This document shows, one piece after another, positions 35,897-48,265 of a DNA stretch of 64,000 nt (the stretch's first letter is position 1; every line of letters starts with the position of its first letter). The stretch is from contig OZ024740.1 in assembly GCA_964016885.1 (NCBI GenBank), forward strand, positions 434,558,001 through 434,622,000, given 5' to 3'. Made by a program: the position numbers and the translations under genes. Source of the stretch: Eledone cirrhosa. Taxonomy: Eukaryota. The notes under the pieces were generated by a model, which saw only the letters and a program-made list of their open reading frames with translations, was not told the DNA's origin and did not search any database.

Positions 35897-38545
35897 TAGA
35901 CCATTTCTTCAATGCCAAACACGAAGGTTGCATTGTCAGAGTTAAGGCGCGTGCGCTGAGAAACGAGGGAACTAAAGCTGTTCGATGGGCCCACGTGGCG
36001 GAGGCGCAGCGTGGTAATTAAACCACAATTCGGTCTTTGGCGGACCGAGATGGACACAAGATAAGCGATTCCAAGCGGATGTGTGAGGCCTTTCACCAGC
36101 ACTTTGCTCGGTTGTTCAGAGAGAGTAGCGGATTTCAGTCCCTACCTTGATGGTTTGCCACGCATCTCGACGGTCGACGCTGAGCACTGCGAAAGGCCGA
36201 TTACTTCAGCCGAAATTCAGGACGCCCTTGTCGGCTGCATGAGGCGCAAGTCACCCGGTTTGGATGGCCTGCCCTACGAGCTTTACGTAAATATGCCAGA
36301 CTTGTTCTCCGAACTCCTCGAAGCACTCTACTGCAACTGGCAGCAGAATGGGAGTATTCCCAGTTCTGTGAGCAGGGGAGTGGTGATGCTGATAAGGAAA
36401 GACGAGAAGAAGAGGGATACATTAGACAACTTCAGGCCCATAACTCTGCTCAACACAGAGTTTAAGATTTTGGCGCTTGTCGTCGAGGATTTGGTTGGGG
36501 AGGCGCAAACTTGCGCAATCCCAGCCAGGTCCATACACGACAATCTCCACCTCATGCGATACATCATAGAGAGGGTAGGGTGTAAACCTGGCTTCGGTGG
36601 GGCACTGATCAATTTAGATCAATCGAAAGCATTCGATAGCGTCGACCATCGGTATCTGGAGTTTGTCCTCAAAGCAGCTGGCTTCGGCCCTGTCTTTAGA
36701 AGCTGGATCGTTGCAATGCACAGCGACACATGCTCGGTTGTCAAGGTTAATGGCCACCTCTCGGAACCATTTCGGCTCTCCCGATCGGTCCGTCAATGGT
36801 GCCCTCTCTCTTCCCTTCTGTACGTATTGACTCTCGAGCCTTTACTGCGGAAGCTGGAGCTGTTGCAGGGCATCTCGCTCGAACCGGGACGTGGAAAGGC
36901 GGTGTCGGCTTATGCGGACGACATCACCGTGATGGTATCGAGGTGGTCGGCACCTTATTGAAGGAATATGAAAGGTTGACAGGAGCCAAACTTAACCCGG
37001 AAAAGTCGGTGGGCTTGCAGCTCGGAACCTGGAGAGGCAAGCCCATGCCGTCCAGCAGCGTCATGGGGCGCTGGACGGACGGACCGGTAAAGTTGCTCGG
37101 GGTTTGGTTCGGACCAGACCTCCAGGTGGAAAAGAATTGGGATGAGGTAACGAGCAGAGTAGCCAGTCTCACCCAAAAATGGGCTGGGAGGAAGCTATCA
37201 CTGAAAGGTCGCGCGGAGGTGGCGAATGCGTACATCGCGTCCGTCATCTACTACCGCCTGACCGTCGTGCCTTGTCCCCGTCCGCTCCTCGTCAAGCTGG
37301 AACGGCTCCTCTTCAAATTCTTGTGGAGGGGACAAGTTCCGTTGGTGAAGCGGTCCATCTGCTGCCAGCACCCTCTACGCGGAGGGCTGGGCATGCCGTG
37401 GCTAATGATGTGCAGACATGCGTTTAGGCTGCGACATCTCAAGATATTCTGCCTCAACGGTGAACAGGTGTGGTCGCCGTTTATCAGACGGGCCTTTCCG
37501 CAGCTCATTTCTTTGACTGAGCTGCAGTCCTAGGTCAAGAAGAGACCGAGACTGGGTGACTGGCACCTGGAATGTTGCCAGGAACTCACTCCCCTCTACC
37601 AAGCGGGCAATGCGATCAGTGGAACTTCCACTCTCGAGTTCTATAGAGGATTAGTGGTGGGCAAGTGCGATGACGCACTCGGAGAAGCTTTGGGCCTCGA
37701 CGAAGTCGAACTGACCAGTCTGTACTGGAGGACTTTTGAGCCGGGGACAATGGACAATTTCCAGAAATCCCTCACTTGGCAGTGCTACCGGGGGGGGGGG
37801 GGGGGGGCACTGCCGGTTCGGGATAAACTCTACAGGCACGGAAGTGCTGTCAGATGGACCTGCCCAAGATGCGCACAGAACGACGAAACTGTTCTGCACG
37901 CACTTGTCCAATGTCCGTGCATTACTGACTTGTGGAGTTATGTCGAACAGCTACTGTCGCGTGTGGAACGAATCCGGCTCTCGGCCGAGTCCATAGTGAA
38001 GATCGACACCTTCCTTAGGTCAGGAAGAGCAGGCAATTTTCCTCTGTCTGGTGACAGTTGTGAAAGAGGTTATATGGTGGACCAGGTTAAAAGGACTGAA
38101 GACTTTTCTCTTCGGCCAATCCCTCATCAACTTCTTCAAGTTTCACCTGGAAAGGAAGGTGAGGGTGGAGAGAGAAGTGCTGCCCCCCAGTACATTTGCT
38201 AAAAGGTGGGTGAATGTGGCGAGAATGGCTTGTGTGAATGGGCCTACTCTGACCATGCGCCTATAGGCTGGCTAACTTGAGGAGAGGGGTGCTCTCCCTG
38301 GGTGCCCTAGAAGCGCAGGGTGGTTCAGGATTGGTGGGGTACTCGAGTCACCCCAGGGTCGTCCACCCCCTATCGGGTAATTTATTTTGTTATATTTATG
38401 CATAGTTTATTTTATATTTTTATATTTTCATTGTTAAATTAGTCTTGCTATTGTGTATTTTTACTCCACCTTATTGTAACCCCCCACTGTCCCTGTCTTT
38501 GTATTGTCCCCTACATGTCGGCCCTGGTGGCTAATAAATGAAATC
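35897..38545 (+). mobile_element. Tx1 family B copy, 5'-truncated and decayed
   Basis: Homologous to but diverged from 13125-15880 (HFFNAKHEGC.., FRPITLLN, YADD, CPRC..ETVLHALVQC). AATAAA at 38533, then (ATT)n. Confidence 0.92.
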
Positions 38546-38606
38546 ATTATTATTATTGTTAATATATGTGTATGTATATGTATGTATATATATATATATG
38601 TATGTA

Positions 38607-38639
<33 letters not shown>

Positions 38640-38840
38640 TTTTAATTTTTATTATTTTTTTTTATTTTATTTTTATTTTTTATTTTTTCTCGTGCAATGG
38701 CCATACTCGATAACGAGGGGGCAGCCATCATGTAGATTTATATATATATATATATATATATAACGAAGGAGTTGTGGTAAGGAACCAGATGGACCAATAC
38801 CCACCAGAGTACTCAATACTTAGGGTAGTAAAGTGGGTAA

Positions 38841-38982
38841 TAGGAGAAAGTATGACCCTGACGGCAGAGCTCAAGCTGTTTCGACGGCTATTTCTGGACT
38901 AAAGTAAGAGTTTTTTTAGTCTTACTTTAGTCCAGAAATAGCCGTCGCTTGAGCTCTGCCGTCGGGGTCATACTTTCTCCTA
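38841..38982. repeat. Fold-back palindrome with about 64-bp arms
   Basis: TAGGAGAAAGTATGACC..AAAGTAAGA / TCTTACTTT..GGTCATACTTTCTCCTA, with a 5-nt bulge in the left arm. Confidence 0.95.
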
Positions 38983-39726
38983 TATATATATATATATATG
39001 TATAAATCTACATACTACATACATACATTTACGTATGTATATAGCTATGCATTTATACATTTGTATATATACATGCATTTATAGTTAAGTGTGTAAGGAT
39101 TTTGACATGATTATTTGTTTTATTTTTTTTCTTGGTGCGGAGAAAATTCTGTCTCCAGATTTTATTACCTAGGGAGATTAAATACCACAGCTCTGGCTGA
39201 AAGCTGACCAGGTTCTCAACCTCATCAAACACTAACGCAGCCCTGTGTGTGTATATATGTGTGTGTATGTATGTATGTACGTATGTCTGCATGTATGTAT
39301 GTATGTACGTATGCATGTGTGTGTATGTTCGTATGTATGTATACACCCACACCTTTCATCACCATTGCTTCTTTTTGTTGTCATTTCTGTTGAAGTTGTT
39401 CTTGTAACTGTTGTCAAAGTTGAAGTCCTTATATTCATTTTCTTTGATTTCTTTTGTTTTTCTTTTATCTCCCCAGGGAATTCGTTGACAAAGCTTCTTT
39501 TATTTATTTTTGTTTTCTTCATTCAAATGCATTCACACTGGCTGTCTAAGATGACTTATAAAACTTACCAAACTAAAGGGGCTTCCAGTGCAGCCCAAAG
39601 CTTCAAACACGCCCCTTTGCTCCAAAACGCTCCCCTGGAGCTCCTAAACGCCCTCCTGTGGCAATATGCCCCCACGTTGAGAACCTTTGATTTAGAGAAC
39701 TTCAGGAAATATGTCCACACACAAAC

Positions 39727-39765
<39 letters not shown>

Positions 39766-40333
39766 TACACACACTCAAACATACACTCACAAACATATAC
39801 ACACAGGCATATATATATACACACACAAACACGCACAAACATACATATTGCATGTTATTTATGTAAAATATTCTTCAGAGAACTTTCAGGAAATGAAAGA
39901 CAAGATATTTAAAATCCCAAAATTGAAGAATTAACTTTAATGGTTTTTACTAACAATTAAATAGATTTAGAAAGAAAAAAAAAACATTTTTAGATATGAG
40001 AAAATTTAAATACTCACTATTTAGAAATATATTGAGACAACTTAAATACTAATTAAAAAACATACAAACTAAAATAGCAGGCTTGCCTCAACTAAGATGT
40101 TTCTTAAATAACTTTGCAAAGAAATAGATCTTTCACATTGAAATTAAAGTTAATGAGGAGTGGATGACAGGAATAATAGTGTATTGGGCAAATTAATTAA
40201 TTTAATAGAAGTTGTTGTAATTGAAGACTAATTAAAAAGTCATTATACTAAAACATTTCAGTTTATAAAGTGTCAGACAAAGTAGCAATTAAGATAAATA
40301 AAGTCATTCAAGATACTAAACTTAACTAATCAC

Positions 40334-41135
40334 ATCATCATCGTCGTCCATCTTCCACGCTAGCATGGGTTAGACGGGAGTTGTCCCACTTGAGGCAAGC
40401 TTGGTCGGGTGACCGTGTCTTGCTTGTATAGGACTGTCTGGCAGGTTTTCTACAGCTGGATGCCCTTCCTCACACCAACCACATTTACAGTGTGGAACTG
40501 GGAACTTTTTACCGTGTTACCTACACGACCACATTACAGCGTGGACTGTGTGTTTTGTCATGACACCTACACAAACTCGATCTCATTATCTCATTTATTT
40601 AGACTGGATGTTGTGGTACCAACTTTACAGAGAGAGGTTGGTGGGAGGATAGGGTAAGGGTAGTGGATTGGGGTGTATATTTGGTCAAGAGGTGTCTACT
40701 GACTGTAGGTTTCGCTTTGTACATAGGCAAGGCAGGTCTTCTGTATTACTGTGTACCGCCAAAGATCTCGGTCCAGTGACATTGTCTTAGAGAGGTGCAA
40801 GTGTGTAAGGTCAGAATTTATCAGACCGTCCCAGGTTTTTCTGGGTCTACCTACTCCGTAACTTCCATCAATTTTGATCGCCCTGCACTTTTTTATACAG
40901 CTGTCGTCTTTCATCCACATCACGTGACCATACCAATGTAGTCTCCTCTCAAGTAAACAGCATCTGATCCCTCTTATTCCTAATTTCTCACTTAATTTAT
41001 GTTTTGCCGTTCACATATATTACTATTACACATCCAACGGAGCATGCATGCTTCGTTCCTTTCCAGTCTGCGCAGGTCCTCTGCACGCAATGCCCATGTC
41101 TCACTGCCATGTAGCATTACTGTTTGTATACAGGC
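40334..41135 (-). mobile_element. RTE family B 3' fragment (older subfamily)
   Basis: Minus-strand translation LHGSETWALRAEDLRRLERNE..GRPRKTW, plus 3'UTR and (GAT)n. Confidence 0.92.
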
Positions 41136-41906
41136 ATGATGATGATTCAGTTTGTTTACAAGTAAACAGCCGCCTAAACACCACGTGGTAGATGACATCA
41201 TCCTTTTGTTCCGTAACTGAGAGAAAACAACAATTATTTTGGAGTGTTTTGCTCCTTGTCAAGATTGTGTATTCTACTCACTGCTACCACTGGAACTGCT
41301 GAGAGTACATAGTATTCTCAGATGTATACATTGGCTGATTAGCCTCATTTGCATACTGAGCGATTTTACTACATGGTGTTTTATGATGCTGTTTACTTAT
41401 AAACAAACCAAATATTAATAATATAATATTATTCAATCATAAATACATTTAGGTATCCACTACGTTAAGAGTGAAAACAAATTGAGAATAGGACTCTTCA
41501 GGGAACGTTCTCTTAACTGGGAAAATTCAAGTGACTATCTGTGACCATAGTCTCTTTTGGAAGGGAACAACTATCACATGGTATTTAGCTCACAAGATTA
41601 CTTTACCCAACTAGCTGTTGAAACAGCAAGAGCTCAGCCGTTGGGTACCAACTCTTTATAATATATATATATATATATAAGTATGTACACATACATACAT
41701 ATATATATATACAGACGTACAGTAGTATGTATATATATATATATACATACATGCACACATATATATATGTACGTATGGATTCACCGAACATTTATTATAA
41801 TGTCTAGCAACCATCGTTGCTCGTTAGTACAGCGTTCCTTTGTCAGTGTTGAACAAAGTAACAGCCGTACTAAGAGTGGGAAATGAAATTTCGTTTCATT
41901 TTTTCT

Positions 41907-41945
<39 letters not shown>

Positions 41946-41946
<1 letters not shown>

Positions 41947-44900
41947 GCCTAACTCCATAGTCCTTTCCAACAGCATTTTTAGTCCTTCCAATAGCATTTT
42001 TTCTATCCTCTTTCCATTCCCCATGTATTTTCCAAAACAAATCTCTTGTATTTCTGTCATGCTTGTAAAAATACTGAAGTTTTTGGCGTATTTTACTAAA
42101 CAAATCTTGTATTTTTGTTCGTTAATACGGGGTTCTCACTTAAACCTATCCTTCTCGCTAACAACTCAACACCCCTCCCGCTCGCCCCCACACACCACCA
42201 TTATTATTACGTGGACCAATCATAAGCCAGAGGCCTATACTATCGCTTACCTGGTCACCTTCGATATGTAGGATGGAAGGACTACGGAGTTCCGGAGAGT
42301 TGAAGAGAGAAAAATCTGGACGCTCAGCGACAATGCCAAAGTTAAAGACAATCACACCTCGTGGACGAGAATGCGAGCATGCCTCTTTGTTTCGGCCGCG
42401 GATGGCTAACATAACCCCATCTCCCCCCGCTCCCCACCTTTCCAACCCCCCAAACGCAATCCAAAACTTCAGATTTGGTACCTTGAATGTAGGCACCTTA
42501 AAGGGTCGCTCTAACGAGGTTGTAGAAATGCTTGAACGTAAGGAGGTCGATGTTTGTTGTATTCAAGAGTACAGATGGAGGGGTGGATCTGCTAGATACA
42601 TTGTGGGTAGAAAACGATGCTATAAGCTTTTCTGGGTGGGAAACGACAATGGGCTGGGTGGAGTAGGAATCATGGTAGCAGAAAAGTGGGCAGATAAGAT
42701 AATAGACGTAAATAGAGTGGACGACAGAATAATTAAAATAAGACTTGTCCTCAATAGAACTATGGTGACAGTAATATCCGCGTATGCACCCCAATCCGGA
42801 CTGCCCAGCACTATAAAAGACAGATTCTATGAGATACTGATGCTCACTACCTCCCAAATAACCGACAGTGACTATATAATTATTGCAGGCGACCTAAACG
42901 GTCACGTTGGACAACATTGTGACGGCTACGACGAAATCCATGGAGGCTATGGGTTTGGTACTAGAAATGAGGAAGGCTCCAGAATTCTGGAATTCTGCGA
43001 CGCAAATAACTTAACTATCTGCAACACTAACTTCAAAAAACGAGTCAATCACTTGATCACCTACAGATCAGGGGAACATAGTAGCCAGGTAGATTATATC
43101 CTTACCAGAAGATGTGACAAAGTGACTGTCGTAAACACTAAATCCCTCCCCCATGAAGAATGCACTTCCCAACATAGACTGATAATTAGCGACCTAATAG
43201 TCAGGACGAGACGTACTAGACAACAGAAGAGGACTATCCTCAGGAGAAAAAAATGGAAGCTAAAGGACCCCACAGCCAAAAATAAATTCCAAAGCATATT
43301 ACTTGATGCTTTCGACAGTGAGGAAGAGCAATTAGAGACGTACAAGGTAGAGGAACAGTGGGAATTCCTGAAAGCAAACCTGCTAACGGCGGCAGACGAA
43401 GTCTGTGGCTGGAGCAGGCCTGTAGGCAGGAGGAGAGTAACATGGTGGTGGAACAGTAAGGTGGAGGGGTCAATTAAGGCCAAAAAGCAGGCTTGGAAAG
43501 TATGGCGGGATGGGGGAAGCAGAGAAGACTATCAAGTGGCCAGGAGGGAAGCTAGGAGACAAGTGTACTTCGCAAGAAGGGAAGCAGAGGAAAGAAAGTT
43601 CAAGCATGTTCTACAACGTGAGGACCAAAAACGTGAGGTGTTCAGGATTGCTAGGCAATGTGTCAAGGAAAACAGTGATATTGTTGGGGAGAAGTGTGTA
43701 CTTAACGATGACGGCGTACTTGCCATCACCGACGCCGATAAGAAGGTAGCTTGGAAGTGTCACTATGAAAGACTACTAAATGAGGAGAATAAATGGGAGA
43801 AAGACAGTCTCCCCCACATAGACCCAATAGAGGGACCAGCAGTGTTAGTCGAGGGTAGTATAATAAGTAAGGCAATCAAAGATATGAAGACAGGCAAGGC
43901 GGCTGGGCCTTCGGAAATAGTTGCCGAGATGCTGAAGGCATCTGGTACGGTGGGACACACCATGGTCACCCGGATAGTCAACCAAGTCATACAGAATGGA
44001 GTTGTTCCGAAGGACTGGCGTAGCAGCATTATCGTTAACTGTTATAAGGGTAAAGGAGATGCCCTAGATAGGAGTAACTATAGAGGCATTAAATTAATCG
44101 ACCAGGTCATGAAGGTCACGGAAAAAGTAATAGCGCAACTAATCAGAGAGCGAATTGATCTAGATGAAATGCAGTTCGGGTTTGTGTCAGGAAAAAGTAC
44201 CACAGACACTCTTTTCATTGTACGACAACTACAGGAGAAGTACCTAGCTAAAAGTAAACGCCTATACTTAGCTTTCGTCGACTTGGAGAAGGCCTTCGAC
44301 AGAGTCCCCCGTTCCATTATCTGGTGGGCTCTTAGAAAACTAGGTGTTGATGAATGGCTTGTGAGAGCTATACAAGCCATGTATAAAGAAATAGTCAGCA
44401 AGGTTAGAATTAACAACGAATATAGTGAAGAGTTTAGTGTAAAAGTTGGTGTTCATCAGGGCTCTGTTCTTAGCCCCCTACTATTTATTATTGCCCCCCA
44501 GGCTATAACAGTGGAGTTCAAGACCGGCTGCCCATGAGAACTCCTATACGCAGATGATCTAACGCTCATAGCTGAATCAATGGCCGAGCTAGAGAAGAAA
44601 TTCCAAACATGGAAGCACGGCCTAGAATCAAAAGGCCTTAAAATTAACCTGGCTAAGACTAAAGTTCTAGTTTGTAAGAAAGAAAATAAGGCGGCGGTCC
44701 CCTCCGGGAAGTGGCCATGCTCAGTGTGTAGGAAAGGCGTAGGTAGAAATTCCATTTTGTGTCCCAAATGCAAAGTTTGGGTGCATAAAAGATGTAGTGG
44801 GATCACAGGTAAGCTAACTAAGAACATAGATTTTACATGTGGCCGGTGTTCTGGGGCAATAAGTAGCAACAAGTGCCCACAAAATACTAGCTCTTTCAAC

Positions 44901-45555
44901 TGCGCAGAGGGTTCTATAGAAATAGTGGACAGCTTCCGTTACCTGCGTGACAAAATCAGCAGTGGGGGAGGGTGCTCTGAAAGTACAGTAGCTAGAGTCA
45001 GAACTGGGTGGAAAAAGTTCAGAGAGCTTATACCACTATTAGCCGCTAAAGGGTTCTCCCTAAAAATGAAAGGCAGGGTGTACGATGCCTGCATACGAAC
45101 AGCAATGTTGCATGGCAGTGAGACCTGGGCATTGTGTGCAGAGGATATACGCAGACTAGAGAGAAACGAAGCTTGCATGCTCCGCTGGATGTGTAATAGT
45201 AATATACGTGAACGACAAAGCATAAACGAACTAAGGAAAAAATTAGAAATAAGAGGGATCAGATGTTGTTTACTAGAGAGAAGGCTACGTTGGTATGGTC
45301 ACGTGATGAAGGACGATAGCTGTATAACAAAGTGCAGGGCAATAAAGATAGACGGTAGCCACGGAATAGGCAGACCCAGAAAAACCTGGGACGAGCTGAT
45401 AAACTCCGACCTCACACACTTACACCTCACCAAGACAATGTCACTGGACCGAGACCTTTGGCGGTACTCAGTAATAGAGAAGACCCGCCTTCCCTAAATA
45501 CAAAGTAAAACCTACTACAGTCAGTAGGCATCTCTAACAAAATACACCCCCGTCG
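41946..45555 (+). mobile_element. RTE family B, near full length; TGG>TGA stop at 44535; 3'UTR truncated
   Basis: ORFs 42273-44537 and 44580-45497 are in one frame and closely match 60900-63920. The 5' boundary is uncertain. Confidence 0.94.
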
Positions 45556-45781
45556 ATAAGGATAAATATATATCAAATATATAAGAACCGTAGAGCAAAT
45601 ATTTATTAAAATAACATATTAAAATTTAAGCAAAGAATCGCTGCTTTCGCCCTTAACGGGATCTTCTGAAACTAAAAAAAATCAATAGCGATTCTTTGCT
45701 TAAACTTTAATGTTATTTTAATAAATATATATATATATATATATAAGTAGTAACACAGCAGTTAGTTCACCATACCGAGAA

Positions 45782-45819
45782 CAAGCTGAAGATCCGCTAA
45801 GGTGAAACAATTGTTCTTG
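45782..45819 (+). ncRNA. Minimal hammerhead candidate inside fold-back hairpin 45745-45846
   Basis: CAAG-CTGAAGA-TCCGCTAAGGT-GAAA-C AATT-GTT-CTTG. Palindromic ACAATTGT stem III; GUU triplet; stem I only 4 bp. Confidence 0.6.
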
Positions 45820-45857
45820 GTATGGTGAACTGTTGTGTTACTACTTCTACACACACA

Positions 45858-46300
45858 ATTCCGTTGTAACAAATACCATTATAACAAATTTTTCAGTTTA
45901 ACAAAATTTTCCAATCTCCGGCCAAATGCTCGATGTGTTGGCTCAATCTGATTATAGTGAACTAGCAGATTTATCCAGCGTTGCCCGGGGTTTGAAAAAG
46001 TTAAAAGGAGCCTAGTATTTGTACATAGACAGATACACACACAAAATCGATTTTTCAGCCCCAATATTTTTTTCAAATTTGTTTTTGTCCAAAACATGCT
46101 CTGGCATATAAGCAATATGTGTGCCAAATTTGGTTGAAATCGGCCTAGTACTTCAAAAGTTAAAAGGAGCCTAGTATTTGTACACCGACAGATACACACA
46201 GAGACACACAGACCGACTTACTTTTATATATAGAGATTTTTCATTACAACAAATTTTTTTTTATACCCCATGAATTTCGTTATAACGGAATTTCACTGTA
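45858..46300. mobile_element. pogo/Tigger-like MITE interrupted by a Helentron-type non-autonomous element (45961-46237)
   Basis: Ends AATTCCGTTGTAAC / GTTATAACGGAATTTCACTGTA; an uninterrupted relative lies at 57335-57428. The insert starts ACTAGCAG..CCAGCGTTGCCCGGG and ends TTTTATATATAGAGAT. Confidence 0.65.
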
Positions 46301-46456
46301 TATATATCTGTTATTGAACAGATTTTAAATAACATTGTTATATTATTGTATCTCATAAAATAGTTCTCTTTTAATGTAAAGGCATTGATAAGATTTGTCT
46401 TGAAATGAGATTTCATATTTCAACTTGTAATATTTATGAACATTTATTTCTTTCAG

Positions 46457-46544
46457 CGACAGACCAAAACTGGTTTTCTTTGATTTACTCACCTGTTCAA
46501 AGATGGGTAAAGATGTTGAAAGTCTTGGATGCCCCACACCTCAG
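46457..46544 (+). CDS. Choline transporter-like exon B
   Basis: tttcag / gttaat; phase fits exon A (gt+c = Val). Encodes DRPKLVFFDLLTCSKMGKDVESLGCPTPQ (CTL KPxLxxF...CPTPQ). Confidence 0.92.
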
Positions 46545-47092
46545 GTTAATAAAATTGATTTTTTTAATATCTACCCCTCCCCCCTCTCATCACTATATCA
46601 CAAATGTGTAATCTACCTGTGTGTTATAAGTATGTTCCAAGTATTAACCAAGATTTATGAGGTGTTTTAGTAAAATACCTGTAATTTTATATATTGGTTA
46701 TATATCATGCTGGTGTTGATCAACTAAATCTCATGTTATCATTGATGTTGTAATGAGATTTAGTTTGAGATTTAAATATATGCTTTACAAATAAACAGAC
46801 TGGTATTAAAAGGGTTAAAGAAATGCTTTACTCTTTTACCTGTTCCAGCCATGCAGCTGAGGCCATACTGGGGCACTGCCCTTGTTGCTTCACTTTCTAT
46901 ACCCAGCCTGTACTGGCTGGCCATTGGTGTAGGCAAGAGTTCATTGCTGCTGCCCTTAGGTTACCTTCGTTCCATGCTGTGGGTTCATCTCACATCTTGG
47001 ATAACAGAGTGTCACAATGTTTCATGAAAACATCCATGTCCACATCATTAAAGATTTCCTTGTGGGACATTGGAATACTAACTGATAAGAAC

Positions 47093-47360
47093 ATCATCAT
47101 CATCTCTATTTAATATCTATTTTCCATGCTAGCATGGGTTAGACTGCTCAGGTAACCATGTCTCTTGCTCATATGCTCCGTTTTGGGCTTGGTTTCTGTG
47201 ACATGGTGTCCTTCCTAACACCATTTTACTGTGTGCACAAGGAGCATTTTGTGACTTCTACACAGTTACCTTCCAGGATAGACTTGGTGCTTTTTGTTGT
47301 GGTACTAACACTGCCACGTTACAAGGTGGACTAGCTGCTCTTTTTCATGGCACAAGCACT
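47093..47360 (-). mobile_element. Degenerate RTE-tail SINE-like fragment
   Basis: CATCATCATC..TTTCCATGCTAGCATGGGTTAGAC..CCTTCCTAACACC. Confidence 0.7.
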
Positions 47361-47460
47361 TTTTTTTAAATAGTTGCTATTTTAAAGCTATATGGGAAAT
47401 TTGAAGATTAGAGTTTATTTCCAGCACAAATTTTCCATAATCTTAATTATATATTCCTAG

Positions 47461-47595
47461 GTGTGTGTTAAAGAATGTCCGGCTGAAAACTATGTCTACA
47501 TGGAGTCTATACAAAAGGAACAACTAAATAAAAATAAAATACTTCAGAAGGAACGTGAACGCCTTGTTTGTAAATATGGTGTCAATCGGATGACT
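47461..47595 (+). CDS. Choline transporter-like exon C
   Basis: ttcctag / gtaagt, phase 0. Encodes VCVKECPAENYVYMES...LVCKYGVNRMT (CTL xCVxxCP motif). Confidence 0.92.
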
Positions 47596-47903
47596 GTAAG
47601 TAGGATTTCTTCATAATCAAATCTTTGCATTCTGATATTTTTTGCTCATTTAAATGAGAAAAGGTTCAAAGACTTTTTTATAAATGAAGTTTTGATCTTA
47701 ATAGGTAATTTATTGTAATTATTATTTTGTTCTGGCTCTTAACATTCTGAGCTGAAATCCTTTCAATGTTGATAAAATAAAGTACCAGTTAGTTACCAGG
47801 GTCAACTTCCCAACATATTACTGGCCTTCTGCTAAAATTAGAAACAATTATTTCAACTTTTAGTTACTGAATGTGTAACCCTTTAGTATTTACATCATTC
47901 TGT

Positions 47904-48265
47904 GGTGGATTGGCAGTATCGGTAGAGGGTCGGACACCATGCTAGGGCGGTGGATTGGCAGTATTGGTAGAGGGTCGGACACCATGTTAGGGTGGTGGAT
48001 TGGCAGTATTGGTAGAGGGTCGGACGCCATGCTAGGGTGGTGGATTGGCAGTATCGGTAGAGGGTCGGACACCATGTTAGGGCGGTGGATTGGCAGTATC
48101 GGTAGAGGGTCGGACGCCATGTTTTCCAGCAGAGTTACGTCCCTTTACGATCTGAGTTCAAATCCCGCCGAGGTTGACTTTGCCTTTTATCCATACGGGG
48201 TCGATAAAATAAAGTACCAGTAATGCACTGGTTAATTGCTGGCCTTGTGCCTAAAGTAGAAATAA
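47904..48265 (+). mobile_element. tRNA-derived Nin/Deu-domain SINE with a five-fold tandemly repeated 45-bp head
   Basis: A-box-like TGGCAGTATCGG in each unit; B box GAGTTCAAATCCC near 48154; GCCTTTTATCC..GGGGTCGATAAAATAAAGTACCAG domain. Confidence 0.8.

Noticed and set aside
21264-39690. Large hAT element defined by CAATGGTTCTCAA and TTGAGAACCTTTG ends
   Set aside because: Short, imperfect, common motifs 18 kb apart; no 8-bp duplication and no transposase.
42350-42415. HDV-like ribozyme in the RTE-B 5' region (CACCTCGTGG..GGCTAAC)
   Set aside because: I could not build consistent P1/P2/P3 pairings by eye; needs a descriptor search.
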